This document shows positions 17,878-26,759 of a stretch of DNA of 39,050 bases, piece by piece (the stretch's first letter is position 1; each line of letters begins with the position of its first letter). The position numbers and the translations under genes are program-made. This DNA comes from Candidatus Phoenicimicrobium oleiphilum (GTDB taxonomy: Bacteria; Atribacterota; Phoenicimicrobiia; Phoenicimicrobiales; Phoenicimicrobiaceae). The stretch is taken from the NCBI GenBank assembly GCA_039638295.1, contig JBDIWJ010000012.1, forward strand, positions 1 to 39,050. The letters are read 5' to 3'. Under the pieces are notes generated by a model. That model saw only the letters and a list, made by a program, of their open reading frames with translations. It made no database searches and had not been told where the DNA came from.

Positions 17878-18177
17878 TTTTACCCTCTTTCCAACAATAA
17901 ATATTTTGGTTAGATTAACAAAAAATATTATAACACATTTTTTATGATTTTATAAAAATTTTATTATATTTTTGCAATCCTTCTCTTGCTATGTATCTTA
18001 TTACTAACCAAAGAAAGTATTATTAATATATAATATTTTTTCTTCTAACTACCCCACTAAAGTTTACACTAACTTATATTTTCTTCCCTATAGTACCTAT
18101 AGATATATAGCAATGATCTTCAATTTACCAGCCATCTCTTTCCATTATAATCTATTATTACGAGCTCTGATTTTGTT

Positions 18178-18202
18178 GTAGGGGTCGGATTTATCCGACC
18201 CG
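18178..18202 (+). repeat. GTAG-type REP
   Basis: GTAGGGGTCGGATTTATCCGACCCG. Confidence 0.8.
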
Positions 18203-18250
18203 AGTATTTTGCAATTTCTTTTCACGAGATACGAGATACGAATTTTATGT

Positions 18251-18279
18251 TTGCGAAGTAGCATCATTAAAGTTATAAT
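18251..18279 (+). promoter_or_regulatory. Putative sigma70 promoter
   Basis: TTGCGA, 17-bp spacer, TATAAT. Confidence 0.45.
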
Positions 18280-18306
18280 TAAAAAGAATTTAAGCAAAAG
18301 GAGAAG

Positions 18307-18591
18307 ATAAAGATCAAGACCATTATATTTGATTTAGATGATACCTTGATTAGGACTTCCAAATTATATAACCAGGCGAGAGAAGAGTTTTCCTTTCTAA
18401 TGGAAAACTTCGGCTTTAAAAAGGAAGAAGTATTAGTAAAACTTGATGAAATTGACATCAAGAATGTACATCAGTATGGTTTTGTGAAAGAAAGATATCC
18501 CTGCTTAACCTGGAAATTTGAGGAAGAAAAGCCTATATCTGAAAATTTTTTGCAATTAAGTTCTTTAAAAGAATTACTAAATTATCTTTAA
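18307..18591 (+). pseudogene. HAD hydrolase remnant (start ATA, large in-frame internal deletion)
   Basis: After RBS GGAG the frame reads IKIKTIIFDLDDTL (HAD motif I), then joins ERYP directly to C-terminal-like CLTWKFEEE; 94 codons, motifs II-IV absent. Confidence 0.75.
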
Positions 18592-18604
18592 GGGAGGGTA
18601 TTAA

Positions 18605-19531
18605 TTGTCTGAAGAATTGAAATATCCTTCTTATTTAAATTTAAATGAAAAAGAACTGGATAAAAGAATCGAAAAGGCCTATAAATTACTTTCACCTTGC
18701 CAAGTTTGTCCTCGAAATTGTAAAGTAAATCGTCTAAAAGGAGAACAAGGGTTTTGTCGCTCAGGTGAAGAAGTAATAGTCTCTAGCTATAATGCCCACT
18801 TTGGGGAAGAGCCACCCCTGGTAGGTAATTTTGGTTCAGGTACTATATTTTTTACCAACTGTAATTTAAAGTGCGTGTATTGTCAGAATTACCCCATAAG
18901 CCAATTAGGAAATGGCAACAAAGTTAGTTTGGAAGATTTAGCTAAAATAATGCTTGCTTTACAGAAAAGAAAATGCCATAATATAAACTTAGTTACTCCA
19001 ACTCATTTTGTACCACAGATATTAAAGAGCATTAAGTCAGCCATAAAAATGGGTTTACACATTCCAATCGTTTATAACACTAGTGGTTATGAAGCAGTGA
19101 AAACTTTAAAACTGCTTTCTGGTATTGTAGATATATATCTACCTGATGCTCGGTATGCCGATAACGAGATAGCTAAAAAATATTCATCTGCCCCCCATTA
19201 TTTTGAGAAAATGAAAGAAGCACTAAAGGAGATGCATCGTCAGGTAGGGGACCTTGTAGTAAATAAGGATGGAGTAGCTCGCTCAGGATTAATTATTCGA
19301 CATTTAGTCTTACCAGAAGGGTTAAGTGGAACGAGAAAGATTATGCATTTTATAGCCCGGGAAATTTCACCACATACTTATATTAGTCTAATGGCTCAAT
19401 ATTTTCCAGCTTATCAGGCTAGCCAATTTCCTCCCTTATCCAGAAGAATAAATAGGGGAGAATACAGGGAAACTTTACAGGCTTTTAAAGAAGAAGGATT
19501 AGAAAACGGGTGGTTTCAGGGGGATATTTAA
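18605..19531 (+). CDS. Radical SAM protein, PflX-like (COG1313)
   Basis: C..CPR.C.VNR..GE.GFC, HFGEEPP, GSGTIFF..CNL.CVYCQN, NINLVTPTH, IRHLVLP. Confidence 0.9.
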   Translation: MSEELKYPSYLNLNEKELDKRIEKAYKLLSPCQVCPRNCKVNRLKGEQGFCRSGEEVIVSSYNAHFGEEPPLVGNFGSGTIFFTNCNLKCVYCQNYPISQLGNGNKVSLEDLAKIMLALQKRKCHNINLVTPTHFVPQILKSIKSAIKMGLHIPIVYNTSGYEAVKTLKLLSGIVDIYLPDARYADNEIAKKYSSAPHYFEKMKEALKEMHRQVGDLVVNKDGVARSGLIIRHLVLPEGLSGTRKIMHFIAREISPHTYISLMAQYFPAYQASQFPPLSRRINRGEYRETLQAFKEEGLENGWFQGDI

Positions 19532-19550
19532 AGAAAATAATTATGTATTT

Positions 19551-20432
19551 ATGAAGAAAAGAGAAGAAGTCCATATGAAAGGTATTAAAGCAGAAATATA
19601 TCTATTAGGAATAGTAATTATTTGGGGGTCTACTTTTGCCATAATAAAAGATGTTCTTGACCAAATTATGCCTTTTACTTTTTTAGCTTATCGTTTTTTA
19701 TTGGCAGTTCTTATTTTAAGTGTGATATTCTGGAAAAGAATAAAAAGCATAGATAAAATAATTCTTAAAAAAGGATTCTTAATTGGAATTTTCCTCTTCC
19801 TGGGTTATGCCTTTCAGACTGTGGGTTTAAAATATACTACTGCTACTAAAGCAGGATTTATTACCGGTTTATCTGTCGTGTTAGTTCCTATAATCTCCTA
19901 TCTTTTTTTCAAAGAAAAAATTAACCGAAATTCAATTATTGGGGTAGTTTTTGCTGTGGTCGGATTATGGTTTCTCAATTATAATAGTAGCTATAATTTT
20001 AATTTGGGTGATTTTTTGGTTTTATTATGTGCAGTATCTTTTGCCATGCATATTATATCAGTAGGTTTATATACTAAAAAGATGGATTATGTCTTACTGG
20101 TTATTGTTCAATTAGCTACAGTCTTTGTATTATCCTTATTGATTGCTCTGTTTTTTGAAAGACCAGATATTCATTTATCTTACTCTTTCAATGTATGGTG
20201 GTCGATTATATTGACTGGAGTATTTGCTACAGCTCTGGCATTTTATATGCAGAATAGATTTCAAAGATATTCCACTGCTACTAAAACTGCTATCATATTT
20301 TCTGGAGAACCACTATTTAGTGCGATATTTGCCTACCTTCTCTTAGGAGAGAAGGTAGGCCTTATTGCCTGGATAGGAGGATTTTTCATTATTTTTGGTA
20401 TGATTGTATCCCAAAAAGAGGATAGGAGATAG
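19551..20432 (+). CDS. DMT/EamA-family transporter
   Basis: About 10 TM helices; IWGSTF, RF, QTVGL.YT, GD, EP.F. Confidence 0.9.
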   Translation: MKKREEVHMKGIKAEIYLLGIVIIWGSTFAIIKDVLDQIMPFTFLAYRFLLAVLILSVIFWKRIKSIDKIILKKGFLIGIFLFLGYAFQTVGLKYTTATKAGFITGLSVVLVPIISYLFFKEKINRNSIIGVVFAVVGLWFLNYNSSYNFNLGDFLVLLCAVSFAMHIISVGLYTKKMDYVLLVIVQLATVFVLSLLIALFFERPDIHLSYSFNVWWSIILTGVFATALAFYMQNRFQRYSTATKTAIIFSGEPLFSAIFAYLLLGEKVGLIAWIGGFFIIFGMIVSQKEDRR

Positions 20433-20459
20433 TCAGGACCTATAAGTACCTTTAATATT

Positions 20460-21878
20460 TTATTTTTTAATTTCCTCAATCAGTTTATCTACATCTTCAA
20501 GTTTTTCAGGAATTATATCAGGCATTCCCTCTTTTTTCACATATACCTTTTCCCAGAAAGGCTGACATAGTGCAGTATATTCTTTAGAGTATTTGTCTAA
20601 ATGTTTTGCACATTCAGTTATCACTGTTTGAGCATTACCATGGGTGGGATAAGGATTACATTCTTTCACGATTTCCCTTAGTACTTTGGGGTTATCGATG
20701 ATCATACAGGGTAACATTAAATTATCAGAATACGGCTGTCTCGCTCTTATGGCCTTAAATAAAGGCGATGCCAGAGCCTCTCTTAAGGTGGCATTTCTTA
20801 CATTATGAGTAGCACAATGGGTAAAGACGCAGGGCTCATAATCTCCTCTTACATTTACGTGTAAATATTGGCGACCTCCAGCAATACAACCATTTACGTG
20901 CATTCCGTCATTCCAGAAGTCTCCAATAAAGACAGGGTATTTACTTCTAAGATAATTAACCCTTCTCCATCCATAGAGTCTCTGTTTCGGAGTTTGCATC
21001 AGGCTTACATCAGGATTTCTGCCAATAGGAACATAGGTGAAATACCAACCAAAACTACAGCCTTTTTCTTCAACTAATAATTTCATAAATTCTTCACTAT
21101 AGACGATTTCTGTGTTATATTTAGTGGGAGTGATAGAAAAACCATAAATTATTCTTGCTTCTCTACAGTTATCCATAGCCTGCATTACCTTTTTCCAGAC
21201 CCCTTTACCTCGGCGGGCATCAGTTTCTTCTTCGAACCCTTCCACACTTATCGCTGGAGCGACATTACCCAATTCTTGTAGTTTAAAAGCCATATCTTTA
21301 TCTATAAAAGTTCCATTGGTGTAGACCATAAAGGCGGCATCATTATGTTTTTTATAGATGTCTAACATATCATCTCTAACAAAGGGTTCACCCCCAGAAA
21401 TAACGTAAAAATAGGTACCCATTTCTTTGGCTTCAGTTATAACTCTATCTACATACTCAAGGGGGAGGTCATCTTTTTTGGAATAATCCCCGGCATAACA
21501 ACCAATACATCTGAGATTACATCTCATGGTGGGGCTAATAACTATCACCGCAGGGCAAGGAATGCCTTCTTTTTTTTCAAAATTTTCTCTATTTTTGGGC
21601 CCCAGTAAAACATAATTAATCATAAAATTTAGCACCATTTTATCCCGTACATTGGGATGAAGTTCTTTTAATACTTTTTGGGCAATTAAATAAGCGGGAG
21701 CTTTATCTTCAAACATTTTTCTAACTTTACTTATTTCGGGTTTAAATTTGGGGGCGATTCTTTCTGCTGCATAGGTCATTCGGATAAGATTCTCATCAGA
21801 GGTGTTACTAAGGGCTTTCATAATCAAATTTACGGTCTGTTTGGTAGTGTAATTTTTGAGTTTTTCCATGTAATCCAT
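20460..21878 (-). CDS. Radical SAM protein with SPASM/twitch-like C-terminus, function unknown
   Basis: CNLRCIGC, SGGEP, YTNGT, GCIAGG...EPC, later Cys; N-terminal extension of about 110 aa. Confidence 0.88.
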   Translation of the reverse strand: MDYMEKLKNYTTKQTVNLIMKALSNTSDENLIRMTYAAERIAPKFKPEISKVRKMFEDKAPAYLIAQKVLKELHPNVRDKMVLNFMINYVLLGPKNRENFEKKEGIPCPAVIVISPTMRCNLRCIGCYAGDYSKKDDLPLEYVDRVITEAKEMGTYFYVISGGEPFVRDDMLDIYKKHNDAAFMVYTNGTFIDKDMAFKLQELGNVAPAISVEGFEEETDARRGKGVWKKVMQAMDNCREARIIYGFSITPTKYNTEIVYSEEFMKLLVEEKGCSFGWYFTYVPIGRNPDVSLMQTPKQRLYGWRRVNYLRSKYPVFIGDFWNDGMHVNGCIAGGRQYLHVNVRGDYEPCVFTHCATHNVRNATLREALASPLFKAIRARQPYSDNLMLPCMIIDNPKVLREIVKECNPYPTHGNAQTVITECAKHLDKYSKEYTALCQPFWEKVYVKKEGMPDIIPEKLEDVDKLIEEIKK

Positions 21879-21906
21879 GATATTCTCCTCCCATAATTAA
21901 AGAATT

Positions 21907-22680
21907 CTAAAATTTTATAAAATATTTATTTTTGTTTTTTTTATGTATTTCATCTAAGGTATCTTTTAAGAATTCCAATAATGATTTTTGCTCTTTTTCA
22001 TCCATTTGAGAAACATATTGATTATAGGTTTGAATGTAATCTACATATTCATCCAGATTGTTATTTGAACCAGTTATATAGTCTGGAATTTTATTGATAT
22101 ATTTGGTTAGAACACCCAAACACATTCCCACAAAGACAACTAAAGCTAATTCAATATAAGTATCGGTTGTATTGGCGGGAATAACCTGGCTTAATAATTT
22201 TATTTCAGCTATACCTTCAGTTATTTTTTTAATGAGAAGGATTAAGATAAGCAATAGACAAGCACAGAAAATTAAAGGAGATTTGGTTTGCAAGGCTTCT
22301 TTAAGCAGGTCTTTCAGGGTAAATTTTTCTTTGAGTTCATCAAATTTTTGGATAATTTCTTTTTTTAATTTATTTAGCTCAGCTACTTTGGTAGGGAGTG
22401 TTCTTGGGGGAAGATTAGAGATGGCATATCCTTTTTTAGTAGGAAAGAAAGTAATAGTAGAACGGCCCAATTTTCCCCAATTATAGTTATCTGATTCCGG
22501 AATCAGGTATTCTACTTCTACGAGTCCGTTTTTGTGGAGTAATTGTAGAATATCGTAAGCAGTCCATTTACTTACTCCCATTTTTCGAGCTACTTCAGAA
22601 TAATGAATGGGAGAGCCTTTCTCTTGGTATAAATCTATCAAAGTTTCTAAAAATTCTCTTTGTCTTTTAGTTATATTCAT
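21907..22680 (-). CDS. Membrane-anchored winged-helix transcriptional regulator
   Basis: ITKRQREFL..L...Y....PIHYSEVA..MGVSKWTAYD.L..L...GLV; two hydrophobic segments in the C-terminal half. Confidence 0.8.
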   Translation of the reverse strand: MNITKRQREFLETLIDLYQEKGSPIHYSEVARKMGVSKWTAYDILQLLHKNGLVEVEYLIPESDNYNWGKLGRSTITFFPTKKGYAISNLPPRTLPTKVAELNKLKKEIIQKFDELKEKFTLKDLLKEALQTKSPLIFCACLLLILILLIKKITEGIAEIKLLSQVIPANTTDTYIELALVVFVGMCLGVLTKYINKIPDYITGSNNNLDEYVDYIQTYNQYVSQMDEKEQKSLLEFLKDTLDEIHKKNKNKYFIKF

Positions 22681-22737
22681 AAAAATCTCCCAAAAGACCC
22701 AAAAAGTAATTTAAAAAAAATTTAATTTTGCAAATTA

Positions 22738-22765
22738 ATTATATCACTTTAAAATGATTTTGCAA
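22738..22765 (-). promoter_or_regulatory. Putative extended -10 promoter for the regulator/radical SAM pair
   Basis: Minus strand TTGCAA, 16-bp spacer, TATAAT with TGn directly before it. Confidence 0.5.
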
Positions 22766-22942
22766 GTTTTTTTATGATATTTTTTTTATACCCGGTCAGT
22801 GCAAAATTTAGTGGGGCAAAAAAGATTTTGGTATTATGATAAAAAGTATTATAATTGTATAGAATAATCCTTTTTTCTTAAAAGAGAGAATAGAAAATAA
22901 GATATGAAAATTAGTAATAAATAAAAAAGGAGAAAAGTTAAG

Positions 22943-23077
22943 ATGAAAAAGGATAAAGAAAATTTGGAAAGTTCCGAAGCCAAGGATGAATTAAAAGAAT
23001 TAGATAATCTGGAAGATTCGTTGGAAACAGAAGATTTGGAAAAATTAGATAAAGAATCAAAAGAGTACTATAGATAA
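22943..23077 (+). CDS. Small acidic protein, 44 aa (not in the ORF track)
   Basis: RBS AAGGAG (22927-22932); MKKDKENLESSEAKDELKELDNLEDSLETEDLEKLDKESKEYYR*. Confidence 0.5.
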   Translation: MKKDKENLESSEAKDELKELDNLEDSLETEDLEKLDKESKEYYR

Positions 23078-23099
23078 AGATGATGTTTCACCTTTTGAA

Positions 23100-23152
23100 G
23101 TAGAGGTCGGATTCATCCGACCCAAAACGGGTTCGATGAATCGAACCTCTAC
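23100..23152. repeat. REP doublet (REPIN-like inverted pair)
   Basis: GTAGAGGTCGGATTCATCCGACCC-AAAAC-GGGTTCGATGAATCGAACCTCTAC. Confidence 0.85.
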
Positions 23153-23202
23153 AGGGCAGATAAAGTGGTGGTATTTTAATAATTTTTAAAGGAGGAAATA
23201 AG

Positions 23203-23712
23203 ATGATTTTAGAAGCAATTAAAAAAAGACAGAGTGTTAGGAGTTATCAAGATAAAGAAATTCCCAAAGAAATGTTATAAGAAATATTAGAGGCTGGCAG
23301 ATTAGCTCCTTCAGCAAAAAATACTCAATCCTGGAAATTTATTGTAGTAAAGGATAAGGAATTAAGAAAAAAATTGGTTCCAGCTTGCAAGAACCAGAAA
23401 TTTATAGGAGAAGCCCCAGTAGTGATAGCCGGTTGTGGAACCAATATTGAATATATAATGAGTAATGGTGAACACACTTATCCTATCGATTTAGCTATTG
23501 TCCTTGACCATATGAGCCTCCAGGCTGCTTCTTTAGGATTAGGAACTTGCTGGATCGGCGCTTTCTATCAGGATCAAGTGAAAGAAATATTAGGTATTCC
23601 AAAAGAAGTGAGAGTAGTGGCCTTAATGACAGTAGGATATCCTAAAAAATTAGGACCCAAGACCGAGAGAAAACCTTTGTCAGAGATTGTCTGTTACGAT
23701 AGATATGTTTAA
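23203..23712 (+). pseudogene. Nitroreductase-family protein with premature stop
   Basis: RBS GGAGG, MILEAIKKRQSVRSY...EML*EILEAGRLAPSAKNTQSWKF in frame with ORF 23374-23712; TAA at 23278-23280. Confidence 0.9.
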
Positions 23713-23823
23713 TAAATTTTGTTAGGGAACGGACAATTATCCTATGATAAAATTTGCTTATAATTTATATAAGCATAGCGTTGTTATGCTGAATTTTTTA
23801 GTCAATTGTTCTTAGTTTTTTGT

Positions 23824-23847
23824 GTAGGGGGCGGATTTATCCGCCCT
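23824..23847 (+). repeat. GTAG-type REP
   Basis: GTAGGGGGCGGATTTATCCGCCCT. Confidence 0.8.
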
Positions 23848-23874
23848 AAAGCATTAACTAATATTTTTAAATTC

Positions 23875-24294
23875 TTAATCAGATAAAAGATTTAATCCTA
23901 TTTCTTTATCAAATTTTCTTTCTAATATACCCTTAATTTCTTCAATTATGATTTCTCCGGTTCCACTAATAATTGAAGAAGTAAGATGCCCTCCATAAGC
24001 ATTATATTTAGAATCTGCTAAACTAATATGGAGATGAAGATATAGTTCTCCGTTCATGGTGGAGATATTTCCAGATAAATTAGTAATTTCGTATTCTCCT
24101 ATCAATTCCTGGGATTGAAATTGTTTATTCTTTGTATTAAAAAGTCCGATAATTACTCTATCAGTAGCTCCAATCCCACTAATTATACCCAGTTTTATCT
24201 TTTTATCTTCACAGAATTTCCTTAAGGTCTGAACAATCTCTTCTCCTCTATCAATTCTTACTATCCATTTGTTCCCTAATTTTTTGTATTTCAT
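23875..24294 (-). CDS. PPC-domain (DUF296) protein
   Basis: R.D.GEEI, GIGA, EIT.L.GNI, HLH, GGHL. Confidence 0.88.
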   Translation of the reverse strand: MKYKKLGNKWIVRIDRGEEIVQTLRKFCEDKKIKLGIISGIGATDRVIIGLFNTKNKQFQSQELIGEYEITNLSGNISTMNGELYLHLHISLADSKYNAYGGHLTSSIISGTGEIIIEEIKGILERKFDKEIGLNLLSD

Positions 24295-24370
24295 ATTTTT
24301 CCTCCTATTTTGATAAATTCACCAATTTGCTAATTTATCGGTAAATTGGTTAACTGGTTTACCGGTTTCT

Positions 24371-24425
24371 GTAAGTGTCGAATTTATACTCCACGTATTT
24401 AATGGGCTCGATGAATCGAATCCCC
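24371..24425. repeat. Degenerate REP doublet
   Basis: GTAAGTGTCGAATTTAT... and GGGCTCGATGAATCGAATCCCC resemble the pair at 23100. Confidence 0.5.
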
Positions 24426-24447
24426 AAAACTCATTACTTATCACTCA

Positions 24448-25539
24448 TTACAGTATCTGATAAGGTGACTCCATTTTTTTGCTTTTAATCAAAATATTTT
24501 GGGGAGTTCCAAATTCTATTAATTGAGTATAAAGAGATTCAATAAAGAATTTTTCTGTATCAAAATGTTCTATGTCCAGAATATTTAATCCTAATTCTTT
24601 CGCTCGAAGGGCACTATGATAAGTAATATCTCCAGTAATGTATAAGTCAACATCAAGATTACTAACTTGTTCTAAAAGAGAACCTCCTCCTCCGGCGCAA
24701 AGAGCAACTTTCTTTATTTTCCGGTTGTGAGATTTAATAAGTCTTACATATCTTGCCTGGAGTTTTTCTCTTACCCAGCAAGAGAATTCAGTTAATTCTA
24801 ATTGGTTATTTATTTCACCCCACAGACCAATTCCGGAAGATGGTCTGGTCAAAAGTTCATATACATCATAGGCGGGCTCTTCATAGGGGTGAGCATTTTT
24901 CATAGCTTGTATAACTGACTCTAAATCTCTTTCAGCTACTACAGTTTCAATTTTTATCTCCTGAACTTCTTCTCTTTTTCCTATTTCCCCGATGAAAGGA
25001 TGAGTTCCTTGTAGGGGTTTAAAAGTACCTTTTCCGGCAATATGGAAAGATGTTTCAGTGTATTTGCCAATTTTTCCTGCTCCTGCTTCAAAGATTGCCT
25101 GGCTTACTCTATCTGCATATTGCATAGGTACATATACGGCAAATTTGAAAATTTTTTCTGGGCTTCTTTTTAGGGGAGCAATTTTCTTTATTCCTAATAA
25201 ATTCCCTACATAGTCATTTAATCCCTTTTCCGCCAGGTCATAATTAGTGTGCATAGCGAGAAGATATGTTTTATTAATTATAGCTCTAAAAAGCAACGGA
25301 TTTTTCTGTTTGGTAATCTGCTTTAAGGGAGATAAAATGAGGGGGTGATGGACAATTATTAAATTAGCCTTATTTTCTATAGCTTCATCTAAGACCTCGT
25401 GAGTCACATCTAAAGATATTAAAGCTGTTGTGATTGGGACATCGAGGTTGGCAAATTGGATACCACTATTATCAAAGCTTTCCTGTAAGGAAAAAGGGGC
25501 AATATTGTCTAAGGTATTTAAAATTTCTTTTATTTTCAT
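24448..25539 (-). CDS. Nif3-like dinuclear metal-centre protein (YqfO type, with PII-like insertion)
   Basis: AP.SLQESFDNSG, HHP, HTNYD, AGAGKIG.Y, HPYEEPAYD, ITGD..YH, HF.TE. Confidence 0.92.
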   Translation of the reverse strand: MKIKEILNTLDNIAPFSLQESFDNSGIQFANLDVPITTALISLDVTHEVLDEAIENKANLIIVHHPLILSPLKQITKQKNPLLFRAIINKTYLLAMHTNYDLAEKGLNDYVGNLLGIKKIAPLKRSPEKIFKFAVYVPMQYADRVSQAIFEAGAGKIGKYTETSFHIAGKGTFKPLQGTHPFIGEIGKREEVQEIKIETVVAERDLESVIQAMKNAHPYEEPAYDVYELLTRPSSGIGLWGEINNQLELTEFSCWVREKLQARYVRLIKSHNRKIKKVALCAGGGGSLLEQVSNLDVDLYITGDITYHSALRAKELGLNILDIEHFDTEKFFIESLYTQLIEFGTPQNILIKSKKMESPYQIL

Positions 25540-25741
25540 TTAAAATCTTACACCTCATCAACCCCTGCAAAGGAAAATGGGGGAGAAGAGATATTGCTCC
25601 TTTCTATGTTTAAGATTTAATTTTAAGTAGCTGGTTACCCAATTAATTAAGTTAAATGTTTAATTACATAATTTTTCATCTATCTTTTATTTCTTGTATA
25701 TTATAATATGGTTATTACCCAAAAAGTAAATAAATAGTAAT

Positions 25742-25765
25742 GTAGGGGCACGATGCATCGTGCCC
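25742..25765 (+). repeat. GTAG-type REP
   Basis: GTAGGGGCACGATGCATCGTGCCC. Confidence 0.8.
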
Positions 25766-25894
25766 ACGGTAAATATTTTTTGGATTTTTAGGTTATAATC
25801 ATAATATATAATAACACTTTTTACATATTTTTTCTTGTTTTTTTTCAAAGAAAACTACCCGCAAAGTGGAGACACAGACTTTTTAGGTAAAAAG

Positions 25895-26140
25895 TTGACA
25901 AAAATTTGAAAATGAGTAAACTATACAGTAGAAAACATATATAAAAATGGCTGGCCATTTTACTAAAAAGAGATGCTAAAAACAATCAATTAAGTCCTCT
26001 GAAAACAGATTGTTTATGAGGGATCTCTTGTGTTTTAATAATGTTATCGTTAAAGAGGTTAGAATCAATATTTTGTTTCTACCTCCTAAAGAAACGTTAT
26101 TGGACTTAAGAGAAATAATAACGAAAAGGAGGTAGAAAGC
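25895..26140 (+). promoter_or_regulatory. Promoter and structured 5' leader with anti-Shine-Dalgarno helix
   Basis: TTGACA (25895), 16-bp spacer, TAAACT; TTTCTACCTCCT (26076-26087) is the exact complement of AGGAGGTAGAAA (26127-26138). Confidence 0.6.
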
Positions 26141-26401
26141 ATGCAAGGTAGTAAATTATATGTTGGAAATCTTAAGTATTCTGTAACCAATGATGAATTG
26201 AAAGAATTATTTTCCAGTTACGGTGAAGTTAAGAGTGTCAACATCATTGAAGGCAAAGGTTTTGGGTTTGTAGAAATGTCTTCTCCAGAAGAAGCCGAAA
26301 AAGTTAAAGATGCTTTAAATAATACCGATTTCGTAGGTCGTCCTTTAAAGATTGATGAAGCCCGTCCGCCAAGACCAAGAAATGAATATAAAAGATACTA
26401 A
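26141..26401 (+). CDS. RRM (RNP-1) RNA-binding protein
   Basis: KLYVGNL (RNP2), KGFGFVEM (RNP1), GRPLKIDEAR. Confidence 0.95.
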   Translation: MQGSKLYVGNLKYSVTNDELKELFSSYGEVKSVNIIEGKGFGFVEMSSPEEAEKVKDALNNTDFVGRPLKIDEARPPRPRNEYKRY

Positions 26402-26527
26402 AAAATAATTGTCAAAAATTAGTTAAATTTAGATTTAGCAAAATTCTATTATATTGAAAAATAGGCTAGCCATTTTTTGAGATATATAAAATATATGTAA
26501 ATGTAAATAAAACAAAATAGAATATAG

Positions 26528-26618
26528 AGATATAGGGGAGCTTATTAAAGCTGAGAGTGTTTTTAATAAACAGACCCTTAGAACCTGATCTGGGTAATGC
26601 CAGCGTAGGGAATTATAG
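26528..26618 (+). promoter_or_regulatory. TPP riboswitch
   Basis: GGGGAGC...GCTGAGA...GACCC-TTAGAACCTGATCTGGGTAATGCCAGCGTAGGGAA upstream of the thiamine genes. Confidence 0.95.
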
Positions 26619-26633
26619 CAGAGGTTTTATTTT

Positions 26634-26680
26634 AAACCATAGATTTTGATTAAAAAGATCAGGTCTATGGTTTTTTTTAT
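26634..26680 (+). terminator. Riboswitch expression-platform intrinsic terminator
   Basis: AAACCATAGATTTTGAT/ATCAGGTCTATGGTTT stem followed by a T8 tract. Confidence 0.8.
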
Positions 26681-26759
26681 TTGGTAGGTCAATCTATTTA
26701 TTTTTTTCGAAGTTAATAAAAGAAAAATTTTAAAATTAAAAGGGTTAAGGAGACATTAG

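Noticed and set aside
23278..23280. Stop-codon reassignment (TAA read as Gln), also at 510-512
   Set aside because: TAA is the normal terminator of many intact genes here and no conserved core gene has an internal TAA.
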